Positions 1-8,155 of a stretch of 48,040 nucleotides of DNA are shown here, one piece after another; position 1 is the stretch's first letter, and every line of letters begins with the position of its first letter. Source of the stretch: a virus (lineage: Duplodnaviria; Caudoviricetes); the IMG/VR virus record IMGVR_UViG_3300010400_000027, positions 1-48,040 of that record. One strand, 5' to 3'. The notes below the pieces were generated by a model. The model did no database searches and was not told where the DNA came from. It worked only from the letters and a program-made list of their open reading frames with translations. The translations under genes and the position numbers were made by a program.

Positions 1-77
<77 letters not shown>

Positions 78-89
78 CCTTTTCCTTCC

Positions 90-105
90 TGGTATTATAA
101 TTGCA
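90..105 (+). promoter_or_regulatory. sigma54-type -24/-12 box
   Basis: TGGTATTATAATTGCA: GG-N10-GC spacing with TTGCA -12 element. Confidence 0.55.
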
Positions 106-379
106 TGTGATCCGGTGTCCTCTTTAGGTATCTGAAAGGTGGGCGTACTACTGACCGAGGGACAGGAGGGAGGAGGAGAGCGAAAGAATAGTAAATAATA
201 TTAATAATCCTTAATATTATACATTAAGCAATTATTAAATTTAAAAGAATGATAGTCTATTGAGCAATTCATTATCAGCATAGCTTATATGATATTATTC
301 GATTAATGACTTGATTGGATTTAATGGAAGGAAATTAGGTAGGAATGGTCAGTTTATACTCTTGACCAGGAGTCTATCC

Positions 380-745
380 TTACACTGATTCGACGGTGAC
401 GGTTTCAGCTTTAGTTGCGAGCATTCCCAGGACCTGTTTACGTGCAACATCTTCTGAGAATCCAAGGCGAATGAAATCGCGAATCATACGCTCTTGAATA
501 TCTTCAGCCGACACCTCGCTAGGCTTGTATGGCAGTAGTGCAGCCTGATATGCCGAGCTGCGCGCATTAGCCTTCAGATTATCGTTCACCATCGTCACGA
601 GATTCCACTTTTTGGAAGTGATAACCTCAGTAGCCTCAGTCTCGGTATTGACCTGAGTGTAATCGAAAGTCTTTTCAACTTTCTTGCCAGCTTCCGAATG
701 TCCTTCGGGAATCGCGAATGAGAACTTTCCGACTTTGGTTTCCAT
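380..745 (-). CDS. hypothetical early protein (121 aa, METKVGK...)
   Basis: ORF with RBS GAAGGAG before ATG at 745; sigma54 box just upstream. Confidence 0.8.
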   Translation of the reverse strand: METKVGKFSFAIPEGHSEAGKKVEKTFDYTQVNTETEATEVITSKKWNLVTMVNDNLKANARSSAYQAALLPYKPSEVSAEDIQERMIRDFIRLGFSEDVARKQVLGMLATKAETVTVESV

Positions 746-785
746 TTTGTCTCTCCTTCGTGGCGTCATTGCCACTGTATACTAT

Positions 786-801
786 AGCATCATAGATGCC
801 A
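786..801 (-). promoter_or_regulatory. sigma54-type promoter for ORF 380-745
   Basis: Reverse complement TGGCATCTATGATGCT (GG-N10-GC), about 40 nt upstream of the start codon. Confidence 0.65.
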
Positions 802-913
802 AGTCCAATCTTCATATTTGCTAGGGATTTCACGAATCTCATAATATTATGTGACCAAAATCGTAATCCACTGACTATGACCGTAAGTCAAAAATAAACT
901 GTAACTTATTTAG

Positions 914-926
914 AATCAATGACTTG
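914..926 (+). promoter_or_regulatory. IHF binding site
   Basis: AATCAATGACTTG matches WATCAANNNNTTR exactly, with AT-rich 5' flank. Confidence 0.6.
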
Positions 927-960
927 CGAATCAGTTCATTTGAGTCGTTTCGAATTTGTA

Positions 961-1010
961 ATGTCTGTCTATGTCATATAATGTCATATAATGTCTGCCT
1001 ATGTAATATG
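961..1010. repeat. five phased 10-bp repeats (ATGT-N6)
   Basis: atgtctgtct/atgtcatata/atgtcatata/atgtctgcct/atgtaatatg. Confidence 0.7.
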
Positions 1011-1142
1011 GCACGATTGGTGCTAATGCATACCATGTACCAACTAATCATGGCACGATTCATGACGGTCAATAGTCATGCCAACTATTATGTTCTATAT
1101 CATTACATAGGCAATAATCATACCAATTCATAACTCATGCCA
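1009..1142. promoter_or_regulatory. cluster of six sigma54 -24-type boxes in both orientations
   Basis: Full GG-N10-GC at 1009-1024(+), 1027-1042(-), 1110-1125(-); GG-N10-GA variants at 1051-1066(+), 1068-1083(-), 1127-1142(-). Confidence 0.6.
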
Positions 1143-1355
1143 ATGTCCATCAAATACTCTCGTGTCATATAGAGTACCATAGAGTACCCCTCTATAGGTG
1201 GTTCCATTTAGTGAACACTAGGGGCGACATCGAAATTAAATATCTTATACATATAATAATTAGAGTCTCATAATTATGGTTCCATATCATCAGATATATA
1301 ATATAATCAATAGTTCTCTCTAAATTAATTAATATAATCTAATGTTCAGTCTCTC

Positions 1356-1384
1356 TTGACTGAATCATCGAATTGTGCTAGAAT
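1356..1384 (+). promoter_or_regulatory. sigma70-type promoter heading the + strand arm
   Basis: TTGACT-N17-TAGAAT with extended -10 TG. Confidence 0.65.
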
Positions 1385-1484
1385 GAATCATTCGATAGAC
1401 CGACTGAACATTCACACAATATTATTGATTATATTATGATTAATTAATTTAATTCAATATTTAATATGAATATAATTAATCATT

Positions 1485-1697
1485 ATGATGAGGACCAAAT
1501 ATCAGGATGAAAATGACAATTGGATATCAGTCCCTATTCCAATCAAACTAGATATAGTAATTAGAAATGCAATACTAAATGCACTAGCATATCATAATGG
1601 AAATCAATATCTTGCAGGCGTTAGCCTAGGATTAAGTGATAGAGTCATCAACTATAAAATGAAAATATACGGAATACCAAGATCTAGACTATCATGA
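1485..1697 (+). CDS. stand-alone Fis/NtrC-type (HTH_8) DNA-binding protein
   Basis: AILNALAYHNGNQYLAGVSLGLSDRVINYKMKIYGI matches the Fis-type HTH pattern I..AL....GN...AA..LGIS...L.YK.K.YGI. Confidence 0.8.
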   Translation: MMRTKYQDENDNWISVPIPIKLDIVIRNAILNALAYHNGNQYLAGVSLGLSDRVINYKMKIYGIPRSRLS

Positions 1698-1726
1698 TTC
1701 ATTTCTAATATAAATGGACGAAGTCC

Positions 1727-2074
1727 ATGGATACAAATCTAAAAGATATTCATACTGAAATAGATACAATCAAGGCTCAAGCTGCCGCTACTGTTGCAAC
1801 TCTATCAGTTGAGGAAGTATCCAAACGAGCATTAGGACAAAGACTAATTAATGCAATATGGGAAATCACCCAAGCATTAATTGCACTAACCGTGACTGGA
1901 TCAGTTATATATGCTAGTGTTAAGTTATCATTACAAGCGGGTAGTGAAGATAAGACAGCTTTCATATTTATGACTAATGTTCTATTTACAGTAATTGGAT
2001 TCTATTTTGGTAGAACTAATCATCAGAAAACAGGTGGTGTTGGTAATAATCCCTATTCATCAGAAGGTAGATAA
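1727..2074 (+). CDS. two-TM membrane protein, holin-like
   Basis: Two hydrophobic helices; the second ends in VIGFYFG, typical of phage holin-like proteins. Confidence 0.55.
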   Translation: MDTNLKDIHTEIDTIKAQAAATVATLSVEEVSKRALGQRLINAIWEITQALIALTVTGSVIYASVKLSLQAGSEDKTAFIFMTNVLFTVIGFYFGRTNHQKTGGVGNNPYSSEGR

Positions 2075-2151
2075 TTCATTTCATTCATTTCATTCAATTT
2101 TATTTCATTTCATTTAATACATTGAGATAAATGATATGAAATTAAATGAAA
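2075..2151. repeat. TTCAT/TTTCA short tandem repeats with 11-bp inverted repeat
   Basis: TTTCATTTAAT (2108-2118) / ATTAAATGAAA (2141-2151); possible hairpin or attenuator. Confidence 0.45.
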
Positions 2152-2164
2152 GTGAGCGTAGCGA

Positions 2165-2395
2165 ATGGCAGTAGACACCGTAACAGTAACTGGTCAAATC
2201 GGGCCGGGCCTTACCGTGACATCGTTAGTCCTATCTAATGTAACTTCTATTAGTTTTCTAATAGCAAGTAATGTATTAAGGGTTGTTAATGTAGTAGGTA
2301 ATACCCCTAAAACAACTGATTTCGATCTAAGGACTATAGCCACAGTCACTTATAGTATCTCATCTCATATCGCCACTATCACTGTCTCGACTTAA
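2165..2395 (+). CDS. small beta-rich protein, probable virion component (paralog of 7368-7580)
   Basis: Thr/Val-rich alternating pattern; shares VT..G...T.L.L.N.T...DFDL with 7368-7580. Confidence 0.65.
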   Translation: MAVDTVTVTGQIGPGLTVTSLVLSNVTSISFLIASNVLRVVNVVGNTPKTTDFDLRTIATVTYSISSHIATITVST

Positions 2396-2430
2396 TCGAT
2401 TTACTTCGTTCATTCATATAGGATAGATAT

Positions 2431-2988
2431 ATGGGAATGGGTATAGTAAATGATAATGATTTTGAATTAGAAAAAAATCGATTGAATATAGTTCCATCTA
2501 AGTCCAATGAAGCGATAATTAATGACATTGAATCAGGTCGAGGTCTAGGGAATGTTCAGGTTCCAGATTCATTGCGAAAAATTATAGGAGAGACATCTGA
2601 GATTAATGGTAGAGTTGATGGCCTCGCGCTCGCTAATCAATTTGGAATAAGTCCATCATCTGTATCAGCATATGCAAATGGATCAACATCTACTAAATCT
2701 TATGATAAAACTCCTAATAAATCCCATATTAACGAAGCTAAACTTAGAGTAAGTAATCGGGCTAGGAACCGATTAATGCAGGCATTACATAATATAACTC
2801 CTGAAAAATTGGCATCATCGAAGGCGACTGAATGCGCAGGCATAGCCAAGGATATGTCAGTCATTATCAAGAATATGGAACCAGAATCTCAATCACCTAA
2901 TGGTGGCGTAGCCAGTCCTACATTTGTATTCTTCGCGCCTCAACCAATTCGCGAGGACACATTCGATGTCATCTATTCTAAGGAATAG
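2431..2988 (+). CDS. putative terminase small subunit
   Basis: HTH-like LANQFGISPSSVSAY, helical oligomerisation region, C-terminal beta strand PTFVFFAP; lies upstream of TerL. Confidence 0.5.
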   Translation: MGMGIVNDNDFELEKNRLNIVPSKSNEAIINDIESGRGLGNVQVPDSLRKIIGETSEINGRVDGLALANQFGISPSSVSAYANGSTSTKSYDKTPNKSHINEAKLRVSNRARNRLMQALHNITPEKLASSKATECAGIAKDMSVIIKNMEPESQSPNGGVASPTFVFFAPQPIREDTFDVIYSKE

Positions 2989-3271
2989 TTTATTTATTAT
3001 AGTTATGTTGATTAGTCCATTGATTTTAGTTGGACAAAATACAGAAAATCAATTAACTGAATATCAACGAATGAGAGCACAAATATTTCAATTACGATCC
3101 CAATTATTACAGTGTCAAGTTTCTATAACTAATAAAGAATTATCTCAGGAACAACAATCATTATTAAATGAATTTAGAGATACCATGAAACCAAAAGATA
3201 ATCAAGTATTTGATTGGAATACATTAACTTTCAAGGATAGGATTCCAGATCAATCAGAGGATAAGAAATGA
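2966..3271 (+). CDS. exported/anchored coiled-coil protein with N-terminal signal peptide
   Basis: ATG 2966 after GAGGA; MSSILRNSLFIIVMLISPLILVG|Q. Confidence 0.65.
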   Translation: MSSILRNSLFIIVMLISPLILVGQNTENQLTEYQRMRAQIFQLRSQLLQCQVSITNKELSQEQQSLLNEFRDTMKPKDNQVFDWNTLTFKDRIPDQSEDKK

Positions 3272-5289
3272 AACGATCTTTCCTAACATTTATATTATGG
3301 TTAATTCCAGTAATAGGATGGACACAATCAATTACTACTACAGTATGTCCAGGCGCGGGATGTATTGATTTAAATGTAGCGGGCCAAGGTTCACTAGGAG
3401 TTCAAATTACTGGAACGTGGGTAGGTACAGTAACATTTCAATCATCTATTAATGGAACTACATTCGTTTCATTAGGTGTAATGCCAGTTAATTCCACTAC
3501 ATCAGTAAGTACTACGACTGGAAATGGAATATGGACTGTTCCTGTAGCTGGATTAACTACAGTTCGTGTAGTATTCACTGCATATACATCAGGAACTGCA
3601 ACTGTAATTCGACGAACTACCACAGCCGCGAGGAATAATTCTTCTGGTGGAGGTGGAGTAGGATCTGGAACAGTAACAAGTGTAGATTTAACAGCAGCTA
3701 ATATATTCACTGTAACTGGAAATCCAATCACAACCGCAGGAACTATAGATATAGCATTAGCTACTCAAACTGCTAATAAGGTATTTGCATCGGCTGTATC
3801 AGGAGGTGCAGCCGTTCCTGCTTTTCGCGCTTTAGTTACTGCGGATTTACCAGCAGCAGTAGTTACAGGCGGAACTTGTACTAATCAAGCCGTTACTGCA
3901 ATATCAACTGCGGGAGTTCCTACCTGTACTACATTAACATCAGCATATACAACTGGATTAGCAACAACAGCAGGGACATTAGCACAATTTGGTGCAACTA
4001 CATCTCTCCAATTATTAGGAGTAATATCTGATGAAACGGGATCTGGTCTATTAGTATTCAATAATACACCTACATTCATTGCACCAATTTTAGGTACGCC
4101 TACATCAGGTGTAATGACTAATGTGACTGGAACAGCCGCAGGACTAACCGCGGGAAATGTTACAACTAATGCTAATCTTACTGGAATGGTTACTTCAGTA
4201 GGTAATGCGGCATCATTAGGTTCATTCTCATCTGCTAATTTACTTACAGCATTAACTGATGAAACAGGAACAAGTCTCGCAGTATTTAATACTGGGCCAA
4301 CATTAGTCGCTCCAGTTACATTAACAGGCGTAGTAGGCTCATCAGCATTAACAATAAATGGAGCGACCCAAACTGTTGCATCATTTCCAATAATTGATGC
4401 AACACAAACATGGAATAATGCTGCTATAACATTTACTGGTATAAAACTTAATATCACTAATACAGCAAGTACTCTAGGATCAATGTTGTTAGATTTACAG
4501 ATAGCTTCTACGAGTGTATTTAAGGTAGCTACCGCGAGTGGTGCAAATCTAGTAACAATCACTGGCGCTGCAACAATCACAGGTAATACAACATTTGCTG
4601 GTGGCGCAGCTTTAATTAGTGGTGCAGCGGGTCTTAGTATAGATTCTACTACTCCAATTTTTTGGGGTACTAGTATAGCGTCTACAACATTAGGCGATAC
4701 CAGAATATATAGAGATACCGCGGGAATACTTGGCATTCGCGCCGGTACAGCGGCGATGAATCTTCGTGTCTATAATACTTTCACTACTGTTACCACCGCT
4801 GGTGAATGGTTAAAACACGACTGGATCACGACTGCAAATCAGATTCGGATTGGCGCGGCGAAAGGTTCATCTACTGGCACAGCTAGAGTAATGTCATTAG
4901 ATTATGGTGGTACTGAGGCATCACCAGTTGCAGCTATAAGTATCCCTATTACATCAGGTAATATTACGTTTGGTGGTCCTCCTATAGCACCTAAATTTTT
5001 AGGAAATGGTACTGCACCCGTTGTATCTAATACATCAGCAGCATCATGTGGAACTACGGCAGCAACATTAGTTGGAACAGATGTAGCTGGTAAAGTAACT
5101 ACTGGTACAGTAGGTGGTACATCATGTACTGTTACATTCAACGTAGCATGGACTAATGCTCCATCATGTATGGTTACTAATGAAACAACAGCTAATCTAG
5201 TTCGTGCAACATCTACTACAACAACAGTTATTTTAGCAGGTACATTCGTAGCTGGAGATGTTCTTGCTTATCAGTGTCTCGGTTACTAG
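3268..5289 (+). CDS. Thr/Gly/Ala-rich fibre/adhesin-like protein with signal peptide (673 aa)
   Basis: MKRSFLTFILWLIPVIGWT|Q; GSGTVTSV motif; repeated L...L.DETG....VF...PT unit typical of phage fibres. Confidence 0.65.
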   Translation: MKRSFLTFILWLIPVIGWTQSITTTVCPGAGCIDLNVAGQGSLGVQITGTWVGTVTFQSSINGTTFVSLGVMPVNSTTSVSTTTGNGIWTVPVAGLTTVRVVFTAYTSGTATVIRRTTTAARNNSSGGGGVGSGTVTSVDLTAANIFTVTGNPITTAGTIDIALATQTANKVFASAVSGGAAVPAFRALVTADLPAAVVTGGTCTNQAVTAISTAGVPTCTTLTSAYTTGLATTAGTLAQFGATTSLQLLGVISDETGSGLLVFNNTPTFIAPILGTPTSGVMTNVTGTAAGLTAGNVTTNANLTGMVTSVGNAASLGSFSSANLLTALTDETGTSLAVFNTGPTLVAPVTLTGVVGSSALTINGATQTVASFPIIDATQTWNNAAITFTGIKLNITNTASTLGSMLLDLQIASTSVFKVATASGANLVTITGAATITGNTTFAGGAALISGAAGLSIDSTTPIFWGTSIASTTLGDTRIYRDTAGILGIRAGTAAMNLRVYNTFTTVTTAGEWLKHDWITTANQIRIGAAKGSSTGTARVMSLDYGGTEASPVAAISIPITSGNITFGGPPIAPKFLGNGTAPVVSNTSAASCGTTAATLVGTDVAGKVTTGTVGGTSCTVTFNVAWTNAPSCMVTNETTANLVRATSTTTTVILAGTFVAGDVLAYQCLGY

Positions 5290-5297
5290 GAGTTAAC

Positions 5298-5672
5298 ATG
5301 AAATTTATATCAACGATTATATTTGCAGTTATATTAGGATATATGATTGGAATTAATGGACAAGAAATAGTCACATTAACTAGTCCATTAACTAAACCTA
5401 ATACAACTAATTTCCGTATTCAACGGGTCACATTTGATATTGATCAAAAATCAATATTAATTCAATGGATAGGAAATGATGGTCTAGCACAATCAGCTAC
5501 ATATCCCACTCCTGCACCATCAGATCATCCTTCTCAACCGACTGGGGCTACATTACTTAATCAAGTTAATACTGGAAATAATACATCGACATCAATGGTC
5601 AAAAAGATATATCAACGATTACAGACTGATGGATATATTCCTGCGGGTACAATTAGTGGGACTCCTGAATAA
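5298..5672 (+). CDS. exported protein with signal peptide
   Basis: AGGAG RBS before ATG 5298; MKFISTIIFAVILGYMIGING|QE. Confidence 0.7.
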   Translation: MKFISTIIFAVILGYMIGINGQEIVTLTSPLTKPNTTNFRIQRVTFDIDQKSILIQWIGNDGLAQSATYPTPAPSDHPSQPTGATLLNQVNTGNNTSTSMVKKIYQRLQTDGYIPAGTISGTPE

Positions 5673-5687
5673 TCATGAGTGAAATAA

Positions 5688-7364
5688 ATGTCTTTTTCTA
5701 AAGATCATTGGAAACCTAATAAGAAGCAGGCTCTATTCCTCGCGCTCCCAATTACAATAAAAGAAGGATTTTATGGTGGAGGCGCGGGGTCTGGTAAATC
5801 TGATGTATTACTTGTTTATGGATTAGTTAATCGATGGCACGAGAATCCATTGTTTAAGCAAGTGTTTATGCGTCGTACCTATCCTGATCTTAAGAAGGAA
5901 ATTGTTCCTAGATCACGCGAGTTATACAGTAAGTTTGGAGCCACATTTAATCAGACTGATATGGTCTGGACATTCCCTCGCGAAGATCAATATGGTGCAG
6001 GTATTCGAGGAAATGCAGGCGCGATGATTTTCTTAGGGCATTGTGAACAGGAAAAAGATGTCCATAATTACGATTCCATGGAAATCTCCCTATTCACTCC
6101 AGACGAACTTACTAATAGTACCGAATACATATATCTTTATATAGCATTTGAGAGGAATAGAGCACCGAAAGATAGTGGATTACCTTCCATTACTAGAGGA
6201 GCCGGTATGCCAGGTGGTATTGGGCATACATTTGTTAAGAAAAGATTTGTAGATCCATATCCTAAAGGTGAGAAAATAATCGTAGGTAAGGGTGGGAATA
6301 AAAGGATTTATATCCACGCGACTCTAGTCGATAATATTGATAACATTGATCCATTATATAGTCAATCACTAGAAGGTAGACCTGAAGCCGAGAAAAAAGC
6401 TAAGAAATTCGGCGATTGGTCCGCGTATTTAGGTCAGGTCTTCGATGAATTTCGTGATAAAAAATATCCCGATGAGCCTTCTAATGCATTACATGTAGTC
6501 GAACCATTTGAGATTCCATCATGGTGGCCCAAATTCGTTATAGGGGATTGGGGATTCGCCGCCATGACATATATCGGATTCTATGCAGTCTCACCAACTA
6601 AACGAGTTTATTTATATCGAGAAATATATTGGATTAAAACTAAGATATCTGATTGGGCGCCTATCGTTAAGAGCTACATTGATCAAGAATTTCCTCGCGT
6701 TATTAAATTCTGTAAATCAGCATCGCAAGATAGAGGACAAGAACATACAATTCAACAACAAATAGAAGAATCCATTGGAAGACCAATAGAATTATCTAAT
6801 AATAGCGCGGGGTCAAGAGTCGCTGGTAAAATGTTATTACATGAATATTTAAGATGGAAACCCAAACCAGTCATTCCATCATCAGAGAAGATCGAATATA
6901 ATGATGAATATGCTCATCGAATCCTGCGGATTAAGGGTTTAGAGGAATATAAATCATATATGTCATTATTCGATCTTCCTGAACCCGAGACTAATATACC
7001 TAAATTACAAATATTCCTTTGCGACGGTGAGTCGCACGATGGACATCCTAATTGCTGTCCTCAAATGATAGACAGTATTAAAGCATGTAATTATGATAGA
7101 AAGAGTTCAGATGGTAAGCCAGCAGAGGATGTTGCCGAATTTGAAGGTGACGATCCATATGATGACTTAAGATATGCGTTAGATTCTGCTGAATCCTACT
7201 TTAATGACGCATCTGATGAATTTACTAGAGTCCAGAAAGAAGCCGAACTATTATCGAAACTTAATAATGAGGGAGATTGGACTGCATACTATAGGAATAT
7301 GAGACATATCGAGTCATTTGAAACAGTAAAGATGGTTAGTAGATATCATCATAATCGGAGATAA
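5688..7364 (+). CDS. terL: terminase large subunit
   Basis: Walker A YGGGAGSGKS, MRRTYPDL, Walker B FTPDELT, PGGIGHTFVKKRF, nuclease GDWGF...DDPYDDLRYA. Confidence 0.95.
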   Translation: MSFSKDHWKPNKKQALFLALPITIKEGFYGGGAGSGKSDVLLVYGLVNRWHENPLFKQVFMRRTYPDLKKEIVPRSRELYSKFGATFNQTDMVWTFPREDQYGAGIRGNAGAMIFLGHCEQEKDVHNYDSMEISLFTPDELTNSTEYIYLYIAFERNRAPKDSGLPSITRGAGMPGGIGHTFVKKRFVDPYPKGEKIIVGKGGNKRIYIHATLVDNIDNIDPLYSQSLEGRPEAEKKAKKFGDWSAYLGQVFDEFRDKKYPDEPSNALHVVEPFEIPSWWPKFVIGDWGFAAMTYIGFYAVSPTKRVYLYREIYWIKTKISDWAPIVKSYIDQEFPRVIKFCKSASQDRGQEHTIQQQIEESIGRPIELSNNSAGSRVAGKMLLHEYLRWKPKPVIPSSEKIEYNDEYAHRILRIKGLEEYKSYMSLFDLPEPETNIPKLQIFLCDGESHDGHPNCCPQMIDSIKACNYDRKSSDGKPAEDVAEFEGDDPYDDLRYALDSAESYFNDASDEFTRVQKEAELLSKLNNEGDWTAYYRNMRHIESFETVKMVSRYHHNRR

Positions 7365-7367
7365 TCA

Positions 7368-7580
7368 ATGAGTAGAGCTATAGTTACTGCTAAAACAGGA
7401 ATAGCATCACAAAACACTGCATTAAGATTAGAAAATCTTACTAATGTGAATATCGATTTAGCTGGTAAGAAAGTACAATTTCGTAGTGCAGGTAGTGAAG
7501 TAAAAGATTTCGATCTAGTGGGTGTGACTACATTTAGTGTATTCGTTTCTGCAACAGATTATGTATTCACCTTATCATGA
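7368..7580 (+). CDS. small beta-rich protein (paralog of 2165-2395)
   Basis: Colinear similarity with 2165-2395. Confidence 0.65.
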   Translation: MSRAIVTAKTGIASQNTALRLENLTNVNIDLAGKKVQFRSAGSEVKDFDLVGVTTFSVFVSATDYVFTLS

Positions 7581-7930
7581 TTAATTTCATTCATCATTTC
7601 TTCGCGCCCCACTGCCCCCATTGTATTGATGAAAAGCGCGAGGCATTAATCTGTAATTCATGTGAAATACTCAGACATGAATTAGAAGTAGTTCGTTTAG
7701 AAAATAAGGTCTTACTAGATCGAATATTAGAAAAACCAGTTGAATCTAAACCAATCGATATAAATGAATTAAAACCAATCGGACCTAAGAATATAAGTTG
7801 GAATGTTCGCAGGCAAATGTTAGAAGCAGAAGATAGAGAAAAAGCAAAATTAATGAAATCAACTGAAGTTCCAACATTAGAGGAACTCGAAAAAGAATTG
7901 GATGTAGCCGAATCTAATAGGTCATCTTGA
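7577..7930 (+). CDS. hypothetical protein (CxxC motifs, coiled coil)
   Basis: ATGA overlap with the previous gene; CPHC and CNSC. Confidence 0.7.
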   Translation: MINFIHHFFAPHCPHCIDEKREALICNSCEILRHELEVVRLENKVLLDRILEKPVESKPIDINELKPIGPKNISWNVRRQMLEAEDREKAKLMKSTEVPTLEELEKELDVAESNRSS

Positions 7931-7940
7931 TTAGGAGTGA

Positions 7941-8153
7941 ATGATGCCCGCTGAAGAAGTCATGCATAAATTTAAACATGGCAAACTACATAGTGGGAGT
8001 AAACATGGTCCTAAAGTAAAGGATCGAAAACAAGCTATCGCGATTATGATGTCTGAAAAATCTAAGTCAAAGGATAAGAAAGAATATAAATCGAAAGTAG
8101 ATACTGGACCATCTAAATCATTTATGTCTAAATTCGCTAAATCATCTAAGTAA
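7941..8153 (+). CDS. small basic DUF6496-like protein
   Basis: VMHKFKHGKLHSGSKHGPKVKDRKQAIAI motif. Confidence 0.7.
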   Translation: MMPAEEVMHKFKHGKLHSGSKHGPKVKDRKQAIAIMMSEKSKSKDKKEYKSKVDTGPSKSFMSKFAKSSK

Positions 8154-8155
8154 TC

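Noticed and set aside
924-1133. 69-aa + strand ORF in the control region
   Set aside because: TTG start without RBS; it is a translation of the repeat and sigma54 box array
961-1200. Possible CRISPR or mini-array
   Set aside because: Repeats are 10 bp or shorter with no 25-40 nt repeat-spacer periodicity; the Cas4-like nuclease sits in the usual Sak4/SSB recombination module
3438-5141. Long antisense ORFs (3438-3731, 3885-4736, 4902-5141)
   Set aside because: Shadow frames of the Thr/Gly/Ala-rich fibre gene; no RBS or motifs
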